Assembly: GCA_963675785.1 (NCBI GenBank)
Contig: OY776562.1
Location: 2,176,001 to 2,240,000, forward strand
Reading direction: 5' to 3'
Source: Anaerolineae bacterium
GTDB taxonomy: Bacteria; Chloroflexota; Anaerolineae; UBA1429
DNA: 64,000 bases
The number at the start of each line of letters is the position of its first letter. The first letter of the stretch is position 1. Positions 9,628 to 19,697 of the stretch are shown piece by piece. The notes beneath the pieces were generated by a model that saw only the letters and a program-made list of their open reading frames with translations, did not search any database and was not told the origin of the DNA. A program made the position numbers and the translations under genes.

Positions 9628-10482
9628 TTGCTCTACGAACTTGCAAAAGATGTGTACTATTGCGACGATTACCATGGATCGAATGTCGGCGTCATCCGCA
9701 CTTCCAAGGGTGGCCTGCTGATCGACACGCCCATGCTGCCCCACGAGGCAAGTCAATGGCAGCGACGGTTGTATACCGAGCTGGGCATTGACCTGGTTTA
9801 CGGCGTGGTCAATACAGACTTTCATCCTGAAAGCATGTTTGGCAATCATGCCTTTATGCCCACCATGATCTTTGGGCACGAGGCTTCGGCCAAACCCGTT
9901 GCCAAATACGAGGCCTCACAGCTCGAACAAATCGCCGAGACATTCAAATCGCATAATCCCCTCGTGGCCGAAGAGCTGCTCGACATTGAGATTGTTATGC
10001 CCAATGTCTTTGTTCAGGATCGTACTGTGCTGCACATGCCCGAGCGGAATATCGAAATTCTATTCTTGGAAGGCCACACGCCCGCTTCGCTCGGCGTTTG
10101 GCTGCCCGAAGAAAAGATCCTGTTTGTCGGTGATACCGTAACTGTCAATCAATTCCCCGACATGTCCAGCGCCAACACGCTGGCCTGGGTGGGTACGCTG
10201 AGGCGTATCCGCGAACTGGGCGCCGAACGTATCATCTGCTCGGAAGGCGGAGCTTGCGATCTGGAATCCATTGATGCACTGATTGAATACATGCTCACCA
10301 TGTGGCAGCGCACCCGGCGTTTATTCAATGAAGGCGCCAGCCGCCGTGAGTGCGTCGACAAGGTGGGGTTGACTGAATTTTTCCCTACGCCCACCGAGAA
10401 TTCGGCCGAGATCAAACGCAGGCGGCGAGAGAGCATCGAGCGAGTCTATACCGAAATCCGGCTCTCGGAGCGCAAGCGATAG
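9628..10482 (+). CDS. MBL-fold metallo-hydrolase-like protein with degenerate metal site
   Basis: SNVGVI...GLLIDT, NTDFHPES (canonical THxHxDH), GHT, LFVGD. Confidence 0.8.
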   Translation: MLYELAKDVYYCDDYHGSNVGVIRTSKGGLLIDTPMLPHEASQWQRRLYTELGIDLVYGVVNTDFHPESMFGNHAFMPTMIFGHEASAKPVAKYEASQLEQIAETFKSHNPLVAEELLDIEIVMPNVFVQDRTVLHMPERNIEILFLEGHTPASLGVWLPEEKILFVGDTVTVNQFPDMSSANTLAWVGTLRRIRELGAERIICSEGGACDLESIDALIEYMLTMWQRTRRLFNEGASRRECVDKVGLTEFFPTPTENSAEIKRRRRESIERVYTEIRLSERKR

Positions 10483-10496
10483 ACAAACTGACTTGT

Positions 10497-10531
10497 GCGG
10501 CGCCCGGGCGATGATTGCCCGGGCGCCGTTT
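10497..10531 (+). terminator. Strong GC hairpin between the MBL gene and hemW (terminator or processing stem)
   Basis: GCGGCGCCCGGGCGA-TGA-TTGCCCGGGCGCCGT followed by only a short T run. Confidence 0.5.
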
Positions 10532-10545
10532 CATTGAGAGGCCCC

Positions 10546-11706
10546 ATGAGCAATGCTGGTTTGTACCTCCACATCCCCTTTTGCCGTGCCAAATGCGCCT
10601 ATTGCGATTTCTGCTCGTTCCCCCATCGCGAGGATGCCCATGCACGCTATATCGAGGCGCTGCTATGCGAGGTAGAATCACAAAAGAAACTGTGGGCGCA
10701 GTTTCATTATGATACGCTGTACATCGGTGGCGGCACTCCTACTAATCTGGATACGGCGCTGCTGGTGCAACTGCTAACCACCCTGCTAAGCGGGATACAA
10801 CCGGACGAAATCACCATCGAGGCCAACCCGGGGACAGTCGATGAAAGCAGTCTTCGTGCCTTACGGCAAGTCGGTGTGAATCGGCTCAGCCTAGGTGTGC
10901 AGAGCATGAACGATGACGAACTGGCCACGATGGGACGCATCCACAACGCCGTTCAAGCTATCGAGGCCATCCGTGCTGCCCGACTGGCCGGATTCGACAA
11001 TATCAGCTTGGACCTCATTTACGGCTTGCCTGGTCAAACCCTGCATACCTGGGAATGTACCCTCGATGCTGTGGTGCAGTTGCATCCCAGCCACCTCTCG
11101 CTCTATGCCCTCACCTTGGAGGAGCATGTACCCATGGCTCAACGTATTGCCCAAGGTGATCTGCCCAAATTGGACGAAGCTCTGGCCGCAGACATGTATG
11201 CCCTAGCTCAAGAACGCCTTGCCAAAGCCGGTTACGCCCAATACGAAATCTCCAATTGGGCGCTGGCCGTGACCGGCGATGCCGACAAGCGCTTTCCCCG
11301 GCTGGCCTCGCGTCATAACCTGCACTATTGGCACAATGAACCCTACCTTGGACTGGGTGCGGCGGCCTACTCTTTCGACGGCCACCGGCGCTGGGGCAAC
11401 ACCACCGATCTTGATACCTATATGGAGAACGCCCTGCGGGGTGAACCTTGTATCGATGCCTCGGAAGAATTAGCGGCTGAGGAACACATGGATGAGACAG
11501 TGATTCTGGCCCTGCGTTTAGTAGACGGGTTAGAATATGCCGAATTCGAACAGCGCTTTGGTCTAGATCTCAAAAAAGTTTATGACCAGGCTATCGCTGC
11601 ATCGGTGGAAGATGGCCTGCTAGAGCAGGATGAACGGGGCATTCGTCTCAAACCACAGGCATTATTGGTTGGCAATCGCGTCTTTGAACGCTTTTTAAGA
11701 GACTAA
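10546..11706 (+). CDS. hemW: Radical SAM heme chaperone HemW (HemN-like)
   Basis: LYLHIPFCRAKCAYCDF, GGGTPT, TIEANP, NRLSLGVQS, DLIYGLPGQT, YEISN, HNLHYW. Confidence 0.92.
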   Translation: MSNAGLYLHIPFCRAKCAYCDFCSFPHREDAHARYIEALLCEVESQKKLWAQFHYDTLYIGGGTPTNLDTALLVQLLTTLLSGIQPDEITIEANPGTVDESSLRALRQVGVNRLSLGVQSMNDDELATMGRIHNAVQAIEAIRAARLAGFDNISLDLIYGLPGQTLHTWECTLDAVVQLHPSHLSLYALTLEEHVPMAQRIAQGDLPKLDEALAADMYALAQERLAKAGYAQYEISNWALAVTGDADKRFPRLASRHNLHYWHNEPYLGLGAAAYSFDGHRRWGNTTDLDTYMENALRGEPCIDASEELAAEEHMDETVILALRLVDGLEYAEFEQRFGLDLKKVYDQAIAASVEDGLLEQDERGIRLKPQALLVGNRVFERFLRD

Positions 11707-11739
11707 AAAAGGGAGAGGCCACTGGGTCTCTCCCTTTTT
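11706..11739. terminator. Bidirectional intrinsic terminator (hemW / CpXC gene)
   Basis: AAAAAGGGAGAGGCC-ACTG-GGTCTCTCCCTTTTT between convergent genes. Confidence 0.88.
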
Positions 11740-11760
11740 GTAATATAGAGGCACGATACT

Positions 11761-13089
11761 TTACAAGCGCTGAATCATCCTCTTGGCTTCGATCTGCTTG
11801 CGCACGTTATCGAGGTGGTCAGCCAATTCGTCGTCATCGGCACGTATGGCTTCCAGATTGTGGTCGAACATGGCCATAAAATCATCACTTAGCAAACCGC
11901 GGCTCTCTTCGAGCACCTTGTTGGTGCCGTCGGGGTATTCAGAACGCATAAGTCGGTTCAACAAGCGAATCTCCGGAGGCAGGTTCTCCTCCAGCACGCC
12001 CAAGGCCGAATCCATAATGCCGCGAATGCGCTTGGCCCGAGCCTCGTTACCCTGCTTTTCGGCAGCGGCAATATAGCGTGAAGCCACCACGACAAAAGTC
12101 TGGTCGATCTGGCCGATATGCTCATGCAGGGCTGCATCCACATCTTCCGATGACAGCAGATCCATCAAGAACATGGTGGCGTTGTCTTCAGCCTCACGGG
12201 CCATGTTATTGTACCTGTCGATCTCTTCCAAAATGCGCGTCCGTAGCTCGGTTAGTTCAGCAGCACCCGTCTCATCGCCTTTGACTTCAAGAGATTCGAT
12301 CTGGGCCGTGAGGTACTGGAAAAAACCGTAATCCAAATGAGAGAGATTCAGGCCAATAGACTGGATCAGCCGTTCGTCGGATTCGGCACCCATCAAAAGC
12401 TCGATGACGTCCGCATAACTGGCATCCTCTGGGGCTGCCGAAGCAGGCATAGCTGGCTGAACGCGCTCCAGCAGCATATCGCGCAAGCCTTCGACTAACG
12501 TAGCCTCTTCATCCAAACCGCGTTCGCGATCACTATCGATGAGGGCACTCAAAAGCATGAAAAAGTCATAGTCCAGCTCGCCACGCTTTTCCTCAATCAT
12601 GCTGTCGAATGATGTTTCGTCTTCCATGGCGTCGAAAAGGGCGTTCAAAAGCTCAATGCGCTTTTGTTGGGCCTCGATCATCTCGCGACTGACACCATCG
12701 GCCTCCAGAATGATGTCAAACAGGCTGCGCAATGTCAGCGCACTGGTGGGGCGAAAAAAATAACCCTTGCGCCCTTCTGGCGGCATACTGTTCATCACAG
12801 CATTCACCAAACCACCCACCAATTGTTCCTGCTGGTCGACACTTATGCCCATCTCGGCGGGCACATAGGTAATCAGCAATTCCTTGGCAGGGTCATGGTA
12901 CACCAGCGGTGTGCTAAGAAGGCCTCCAGCACCGCAATTCGGGCACACTGCACGATTCAGCTCGCCAGTAAGCAATTGCTCTTTGAGCTCTGGTTCTTGT
13001 CCCACATCGACGATAGTATGCAGATTCACCACAAATTGATGGTTGCATTGTGGGCAACTAACAGGGGTAGGCATCGCAGGGAACGCCAT
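11761..13089 (-). CDS. CpXC-domain protein with acidic helical C-terminal region
   Basis: CPQC...PELKEQLL.G.LN...CPNCG...PLVYHDP; ATG 13089 after GGAGG. Confidence 0.85.
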   Translation of the reverse strand: MAFPAMPTPVSCPQCNHQFVVNLHTIVDVGQEPELKEQLLTGELNRAVCPNCGAGGLLSTPLVYHDPAKELLITYVPAEMGISVDQQEQLVGGLVNAVMNSMPPEGRKGYFFRPTSALTLRSLFDIILEADGVSREMIEAQQKRIELLNALFDAMEDETSFDSMIEEKRGELDYDFFMLLSALIDSDRERGLDEEATLVEGLRDMLLERVQPAMPASAAPEDASYADVIELLMGAESDERLIQSIGLNLSHLDYGFFQYLTAQIESLEVKGDETGAAELTELRTRILEEIDRYNNMAREAEDNATMFLMDLLSSEDVDAALHEHIGQIDQTFVVVASRYIAAAEKQGNEARAKRIRGIMDSALGVLEENLPPEIRLLNRLMRSEYPDGTNKVLEESRGLLSDDFMAMFDHNLEAIRADDDELADHLDNVRKQIEAKRMIQRL

Positions 13090-13118
13090 GGGTTCACTTC
13101 CTCCATATAAAGACACGT

Positions 13119-13826
13119 CTAGGAGCTCTTGCGGGCATCGAGGACACGCGCTAGAACGCGGTGTGGGTTAACGACGGTTGTCTCATACACCTGTACTGCG
13201 TTCAATCCGGCGCCAGCAGCCACCACACGCGACATCTCAAAAGTAATCAGGTCAGATGGCGAATGGCCGTCGCTATCGAGCACCATAGCAGCGCCAGCCT
13301 CTGTGCATATTTGAGCGACATGCCCATTGGTTAAAGAGTGCCCCTTACGGGCGGTGATCTCGATGAAACAGCCCCGCTCGGCGGCGAGGTATGCTTCTTC
13401 CAGCGTCAAGAACCCGGGGTGGGCTAACACATCTACATCAGGGGATTCAATGGCAGCACGATTGGTGCCAGGGGCCACGGGTTCGACGGGTGTCTCACCA
13501 TGTACCACCACAATCTCGGCACCCAGCAATCGAGCCTGACGTGCGAGCCTGGCAATGCTGTTAGGGGCAACGTGAGTCAGTTCGATGCCAACGATGAGCT
13601 GGGTATCGAAATCGTTGGGCTGCTCATCGAGCACACGCCTGAGGCTGGATATCACCTCTGCCATATTCGAGGCATCGGCGTGATCCGTAATAGCGTGTGC
13701 CCGATAATCAAGCACCGAAACGCGACGAAGAATCTCGGATGGAAGGAGATCTCCATCGGAGAAAATCGAATGACTATGTAGATCAATGCGTCTGTTTTCG
13801 TATTCCATACGGCCTATGATACTCAT
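13119..13826 (-). CDS. PHP-domain phosphoesterase (histidinol-phosphatase-like)
   Basis: DLHSHSIFSDG, ITDH, GIE, HGET.VEPV, LAHPG, DSDGH; alternative start at 13808. Confidence 0.88.
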   Translation of the reverse strand: MSIIGRMEYENRRIDLHSHSIFSDGDLLPSEILRRVSVLDYRAHAITDHADASNMAEVISSLRRVLDEQPNDFDTQLIVGIELTHVAPNSIARLARQARLLGAEIVVVHGETPVEPVAPGTNRAAIESPDVDVLAHPGFLTLEEAYLAAERGCFIEITARKGHSLTNGHVAQICTEAGAAMVLDSDGHSPSDLITFEMSRVVAAGAGLNAVQVYETTVVNPHRVLARVLDARKSS

Positions 13827-13850
13827 AGGCCGTATGCTGTCAATGAAAGC

Positions 13851-16800
13851 TTATTCGCCTTTGATGACCAACTGTGCACCATCACTGCGCCCAAACACAT
13901 CCGGTGCGTACATCTGGTAAGCCGTGGCGGGCAACGCCTGATAGGTGCCCGGCGTGGCACACTGTACTGCATACACAAACTCGTACGTGCCAGCCGCCAA
14001 CTGATCGGCAAATAAGAGTACGCGATCATCGCGCAATTCTACCCGGCTGGCCCACAGCGGATTGTACCAGGCCCAATAGTCGGACCAGCTAGATTCACTG
14101 GTAAGCGAAGGACTGGAGACAAGCTGGCTGACAATATCCAGTTCTGGATCGAGAGCCTCGCAGCCTGCGGGCAGCGGGTCTTCGATGACCAAATAGTGCA
14201 GATCTCGCGGCACTACCAAAGTCAGCTTGACCAAAAGCGTGTCGTTGACCGTAGCTGTGGTCACTGGCTCGTCCGAATCTGGCAAGACATAGCTGCGCGT
14301 GACATAGATGCCCCTGTCCAGCGCCTCGATATCCTCGGCTGGCACGTAATAATGCAGGAATGCGCTGTAGTACAATTCTCCTACACCGTTCTTCTCCAGC
14401 AGGATCTGGTTCACATCATCCAGGTTGAGATCCTCGATGGCAATGCTCACCGCCGCAGTCTGGTCGATAGTATCGGATGAAACCTCGCCCTTGATCCGTT
14501 CGACACCGTTCACAGAGGCACTCATGGTAAAAGACGCTGTAAGCTCACCTGTATTGAGCATGTGCTGTGTAAGAGCCAGGATTGACCACACATTCTCCTG
14601 TGTCGTCGACCAATAGTCGCTCTCGCGAGCTGAAACCAGCCAGCGTACAGCGCTGGGCAAAAAGCCGTTCTCTGGGTCGAGTTGCTCTATGGCCAGCAGC
14701 ACCACTGCGGAACTGCGCGTATTGGTGTTCATAGCCCAAGGCGAGTCTTCGTCTTCTTCCCAATGTACACCCGAAGCATCGAGGATGGCTGCATCCACTA
14801 ACTCATTGAGCAATTCGGTGGTACGCGTTGCATCCTCGTCGATATCATTCAGCGTCAGTGCTAACAGCGCCTTGGCATAGTGCGACATACCCTCGTGCTC
14901 GTCATACAGCCAGATGCTGCGATCCAGTTGGCCATTGCCCGAGGCGTCCAGCGCATAAAGCACTTCAGCCCAGGTATCTTTTTGCGCCGAGGTGCGCGCG
15001 GTATTGCTGGCCAGCCAACTATCCAAATAATCCACTGCCGAACTCTGCGTCCACTCGTCCACCACAAAACCAGCGTCCTTAGCCGTACTCAGACCAAGCA
15101 AAACATAAGCCGTCAACTGAGGATCGCTCGATTCGCCAGACCACCAACCCCAGCCCCCATCCATGTTCTGCGTGTTATAGAGACGCTGCAGGCCAAGCCC
15201 CACCTGCTGAGGCAGGGCCGCCTCCAGATCGGGGCGATCCAACCCGAGTGATGTGAGCGCATTAAAAGTAACAATGTTAGGCAAAAAGCGGCTTACCGTC
15301 TGCTCGGTGCAATCGTAAGGATAGCTCTCCAAATAGTCGAGGCTGTCGAGTATCGCCGAAGCCAGCGAGGGCTGCAGAGTGATAAGCAACTCGCCCATGG
15401 ATGAATCGATGGTCTCATCGAGCATAATGTTCTCGACCACCTGTCCATCCACTGTGCCAGATGTGCCCACAAACTCGGCAGTACTGGGATGAAGCACTGG
15501 CAGCGTTACTTTGGCCGCGTCTGTCAGATTGGTACCCTCGACCGAAAAGATCATTTCGATCTCTTCTACCGATTCGACCTCAGCCGGCCAATCGATCTTG
15601 ACCCGCTCACCTGCCGCAACCTCGACTTGCTGGGCCGCATCATCGTAGATCAAACCCACGGCCTCCAGATTCACATCCAAAGTGAGCGCCCCATCCGTAT
15701 AGTTATACACCACCGCCGAGATGACCGGCTCGTCGCCAATCACCAGGAATCGCGGCACAGAAGGACTGATCATCAAATCGAGCAAAGCCACCACGTTCAG
15801 GTTGGCAGTGCCAAAGAGTGTTTCGCCAGCTACGCCATTAGCCTGCAAATGCCAGGTCGTCAGGCTATCGGGCAGCACCACCGAAACCGTGGCATGTCCT
15901 TCCTCGTCCGTCTCCACTGTCGCATTCCAATAGGCCGTATCAGGGAAAACCTCACGCACATAGCTACCGCCACCATCACCGCCACCACCACCCTTGGAAC
16001 CATCGGTGGCATCTTGCACATAGCGGTCTACTGATACCGTCCAACTGCTGGAGGTACTCACACCGAGCCCTCGTTCGCTGTAAAAGGCCTCAAACGGCGT
16101 CGTATCGTCGTTTTCTAACAGGGATTCGACGGCGCGGTCCACCAGGCTCAGCGCCAGCTCGGCTTGCACAGGGTCACCAGCATAGTCCGTCACCTCGATA
16201 TCAAAAGTTACCTCCTGACCGGGTTGTAGCTCAGCGCCTTCTTCCGAGGTCAACTGGATATTCAACGCTTGCTGTTCGCTGGAAACCATCAACTCTACAT
16301 AGCCCAGCTTGAAATCGGGCATAGACTCAGCGTCGCCCATCCCCTTGACCATGGCCAGGGAGACATAGACGTTGGGCGCATAGGCATCTTCGATGGGAAT
16401 GACTAACGTATCGCTGCTGCCATCAATCTCGACCATCTCGTATTCGATAATCGAGCCACGCTCGATAGTCAGCAATGCCATAACCGGTTCGTCGTAAGGT
16501 GAGGGCACCAGAATGTGGGCACTCTGACCTACTTCATAGCTGTCGCGGTCGGCCACCAGCTCGATGCGATCGTTGTTATCCCGACCCCAATTCACATAGG
16601 TGCTGCCAGCTACCCACAGGTAGTTGGCACTGTTGCTAGAACGCCCCTCAGCATCGACGCCTGTTGCGGTGATCTTGTATGAACCAGCTTCGGTGGGCGT
16701 AAAGAGGGCCGTCGCTTGCCCGGTACGCCCAGTGGTGAGGGTTCGCGTCATCACTGGCGTCAGCTCTTCTTGCGACGTCCAATAGTAGGTACCGTCGGCA

Positions 16801-19697
16801 CCCAGTTCGCGCACTGTTGACCACTCTTGCTGGTTAAGCACCACCGTCAGAGATTGAGCTGCCAGGGTGTTGCCTTCGGAATCCAGCGCCACCAAATTGA
16901 CCGACTGACTTGCCCCAACCTGACCAACGTACTGTTCCGGATGGACACCGATGTACAGATCACTCTTGTGCACCACCACCGATGCCTGCTGGCTCACTTG
17001 TTGATTATTGATATCGGTAACAGTGGCTTCGAGCGAATAGGTCAGCGAATAGGGGTAATCGCTCGTATCTGCCGCCAGTTGGATGATCGCCGTGCCATTG
17101 TCGTCCGTCTCGGTGTTGCCTTCAGCGATGAGCTCGGACCCGGCATACCAGTAATCATCGTAATCTGTAAAAGACCAGTATTTGAAATCATCGGGGGGTA
17201 CAAAGGCATAGGGTGTAGCCAATACGTTCCAATCGACCTTGGCATTGGACACATCCCCGCCGAAAAAGTAGCTACTGAGCACAGCGGCACGAATGGTATC
17301 GCCATCTAAATAGCTGGAACGCGCCGGCTCCACCGAGACTTCGTATTCAGGCTTTTCGTATTCGGCCACCAGGAACGACTCGCTCGTCGAAGCAGCACCC
17401 ACCTCAACGTATACCGAGTAATAGCCAAGTGTGGCTTCGGCAGAAATGGTAAATTCACCATCCAGCGTGCCCCAATCCGATAATGTAACGCTCTGGCTGA
17501 TGAGCTGCCGTCCGTTGCTATCCAAAATGGTGACCTCGGCCTCTGTACCCGGCTCTGGTAGGCTGTAGAGACCGTCATCATCCCCTCGGATGATCGCCTT
17601 GTAGTAAACGGTCTGTTCAGGGCGATAGATATCGCGGTCAGTATAGACATAGCCGCGATAGTCCGTGGGGTACAAATCCGTGGTCAGATCATATTGCCAA
17701 GCAGTAATGCCATCATCCCAACTGGAAAGGTGCACCGTCGAGATACCGTCACGCTCGACCTGAATAACGAATGTATCCCAGGGGTCCTGCTCTTCAAAAC
17801 TAAACTCGGCCAGGCCGTCTGCGTCAGTCTCACCCTCGGATAAAACTGCACCATAATCATCATAGACCGTCAGCGTCGCAGCTTCGACCGGATCGCCCGT
17901 CATATAGTCGGTTACCCACACCAGCGCCTCACTATCGGTGTGCTTGAGCAGTACGTTCACATCGCTCACCACAACAATGTGCTTTTCCGTGCGCGCTGGC
18001 GCATCGGGAGAGGTTACCGTCATATAGTACAGGCCCGGGTCCAGCGTGCCGACATTTGCCAGAGGCGTTAATACGATGGTGTTGGTGTTCAAATCGCCAT
18101 CCACTGCCATGGACCAGGAGCGAATCAGGGCGTCGTCATCACCGGTATATCGCGACCAAGTTTGGTAACTGTTCGAGCCGGTCAGGTTGAGCAGATCGGC
18201 AACAGAAAGCCCGTACAGCTCGAAATCGAGTTCGCTGATATTCACAGTTTGCACCGGCACAATGGTATCGCCATAGGCATTGTACAAAGCCACGCTTTGC
18301 GGCACATCCAGACTAAAGCTGGGATCAAGCGGCCCAGTACTAAAGGAATACTCGGCAGCGCGCGTGAGGGCCTGACCATAAATGTCCTCGATATCCCGCG
18401 TCAAACGCACTGTATATTCTATCGAGGGGTCCATATCGGCCGAGACATAGACAATACGCTGGTTATCGCGCCAATAAGCATAGATATCCGCCTCGGGCTC
18501 GATGACAAAGCCATCGAGAAAAGTCTCCGAACTGATGGGGGCTGAAAAAGTGATTTCAATGCCGTCATAAATCGAGACGTCATCACCTTGGGCACTAAAG
18601 GCCACTACCTCGGGCAGCGGCGCTATGGAGAACCAGGCTTCGAGCGAGTCCACTGTCTCGGCGTTGCTATCCGCTGCAGGAATGCCCGCTGCCACCGTCA
18701 GGATGTAGCTGGTTCCACGCGTCAGCGCTTGGCGTGGTGTGAATTGCAGCGTGTTATCTGCCCAGACAAAGGTGCCATTAATGGGATTACCGCCGGCTGC
18801 AGGAATCAGCGAAAAGGCATCTTCAGCCGCGTCTTTATCCATGGCCTGCGAGAACTCGACGCTAATGGGCGAATCGGCTGCTAACGACGCTTCACCGTCC
18901 ATGGGTATAGAACTGACAATGTGCGGTAGTTCGGTTGCAAAGCTCCAACTGGTTTCGCTGCCAAGCTGCGCACCATCCAAAGAGGCCGTATCAGCAGCCA
19001 GGCTCACAAGGTACTCCTGGCCACCCACCAAAGGCTCGGAGGGTTCGAACATATACGTCGAAGTATTTACCCAGGTGCCCGTTCCCTCGACAGCAGGTGT
19101 AAAGGAGAGCGGATCGAACGCCTGTGTGCCCGCGATGGTTGTTAAGGGCACCACGGGGCGGTTGAACACCAGACGAATGCTGCTATCCACCGAGACATTT
19201 TCGCTATCAGGCGCTGGGAATATATCGGTCACCAGCAACTCGCCAATAACGGTCATTTCATGTACATAGGGTACCGTCAGGGTTAGACCATTGGCATCCT
19301 TGGCCGTCTCGGCAATGGTCAGTGTGAGTACGGCATCAGGTTCTAACGTTACTGAGGGAACATAAGAGAGCGTCCGTTCATCCGTCCAGGTCAACGTACC
19401 ATCGATCTCAGGCTCGAAAGTGAGTGCTGCTTCGACACTATCCGCATCCATAGCTGTATTGAAACGCACCGTAATGGCCTCGCCCACGGCCAGTTCATCG
19501 CCTGTTTCAGGTGAGAACGAGACCACGAAAGGAGCGACGGGCAGCCGTGTGGACGCCACGACAACAGTTGGTTGGGGTGTCTGTGTCCCCGAAGAAAGTG
19601 TGGGCACAGGGGTTATAGTTGATTCTTCCGATCCACAGGCAGACAGAGTGAGTGTGAGCAGTACAGCAATCAACACATACCAAACGCGTCTGTTCAT
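13851..19697 (-). CDS. Bacterial alpha-2-macroglobulin lipoprotein with N-terminal Ig-like repeats
   Basis: Lipobox LSA-C; three Ig-like repeats; YTDRDIYRPEQ (MG2); LPDSLTTW; thioester YPYDCTEQ; DGGWGWW; WSTTQE; EDPLPAG; start at ATG 19697, coupled to the pbpC stop. Confidence 0.93.
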   Translation of the reverse strand: MNRRVWYVLIAVLLTLTLSACGSEESTITPVPTLSSGTQTPQPTVVVASTRLPVAPFVVSFSPETGDELAVGEAITVRFNTAMDADSVEAALTFEPEIDGTLTWTDERTLSYVPSVTLEPDAVLTLTIAETAKDANGLTLTVPYVHEMTVIGELLVTDIFPAPDSENVSVDSSIRLVFNRPVVPLTTIAGTQAFDPLSFTPAVEGTGTWVNTSTYMFEPSEPLVGGQEYLVSLAADTASLDGAQLGSETSWSFATELPHIVSSIPMDGEASLAADSPISVEFSQAMDKDAAEDAFSLIPAAGGNPINGTFVWADNTLQFTPRQALTRGTSYILTVAAGIPAADSNAETVDSLEAWFSIAPLPEVVAFSAQGDDVSIYDGIEITFSAPISSETFLDGFVIEPEADIYAYWRDNQRIVYVSADMDPSIEYTVRLTRDIEDIYGQALTRAAEYSFSTGPLDPSFSLDVPQSVALYNAYGDTIVPVQTVNISELDFELYGLSVADLLNLTGSNSYQTWSRYTGDDDALIRSWSMAVDGDLNTNTIVLTPLANVGTLDPGLYYMTVTSPDAPARTEKHIVVVSDVNVLLKHTDSEALVWVTDYMTGDPVEAATLTVYDDYGAVLSEGETDADGLAEFSFEEQDPWDTFVIQVERDGISTVHLSSWDDGITAWQYDLTTDLYPTDYRGYVYTDRDIYRPEQTVYYKAIIRGDDDGLYSLPEPGTEAEVTILDSNGRQLISQSVTLSDWGTLDGEFTISAEATLGYYSVYVEVGAASTSESFLVAEYEKPEYEVSVEPARSSYLDGDTIRAAVLSSYFFGGDVSNAKVDWNVLATPYAFVPPDDFKYWSFTDYDDYWYAGSELIAEGNTETDDNGTAIIQLAADTSDYPYSLTYSLEATVTDINNQQVSQQASVVVHKSDLYIGVHPEQYVGQVGASQSVNLVALDSEGNTLAAQSLTVVLNQQEWSTVRELGADGTYYWTSQEELTPVMTRTLTTGRTGQATALFTPTEAGSYKITATGVDAEGRSSNSANYLWVAGSTYVNWGRDNNDRIELVADRDSYEVGQSAHILVPSPYDEPVMALLTIERGSIIEYEMVEIDGSSDTLVIPIEDAYAPNVYVSLAMVKGMGDAESMPDFKLGYVELMVSSEQQALNIQLTSEEGAELQPGQEVTFDIEVTDYAGDPVQAELALSLVDRAVESLLENDDTTPFEAFYSERGLGVSTSSSWTVSVDRYVQDATDGSKGGGGGDGGGSYVREVFPDTAYWNATVETDEEGHATVSVVLPDSLTTWHLQANGVAGETLFGTANLNVVALLDLMISPSVPRFLVIGDEPVISAVVYNYTDGALTLDVNLEAVGLIYDDAAQQVEVAAGERVKIDWPAEVESVEEIEMIFSVEGTNLTDAAKVTLPVLHPSTAEFVGTSGTVDGQVVENIMLDETIDSSMGELLITLQPSLASAILDSLDYLESYPYDCTEQTVSRFLPNIVTFNALTSLGLDRPDLEAALPQQVGLGLQRLYNTQNMDGGWGWWSGESSDPQLTAYVLLGLSTAKDAGFVVDEWTQSSAVDYLDSWLASNTARTSAQKDTWAEVLYALDASGNGQLDRSIWLYDEHEGMSHYAKALLALTLNDIDEDATRTTELLNELVDAAILDASGVHWEEDEDSPWAMNTNTRSSAVVLLAIEQLDPENGFLPSAVRWLVSARESDYWSTTQENVWSILALTQHMLNTGELTASFTMSASVNGVERIKGEVSSDTIDQTAAVSIAIEDLNLDDVNQILLEKNGVGELYYSAFLHYYVPAEDIEALDRGIYVTRSYVLPDSDEPVTTATVNDTLLVKLTLVVPRDLHYLVIEDPLPAGCEALDPELDIVSQLVSSPSLTSESSWSDYWAWYNPLWASRVELRDDRVLLFADQLAAGTYEFVYAVQCATPGTYQALPATAYQMYAPDVFGRSDGAQLVIKGE

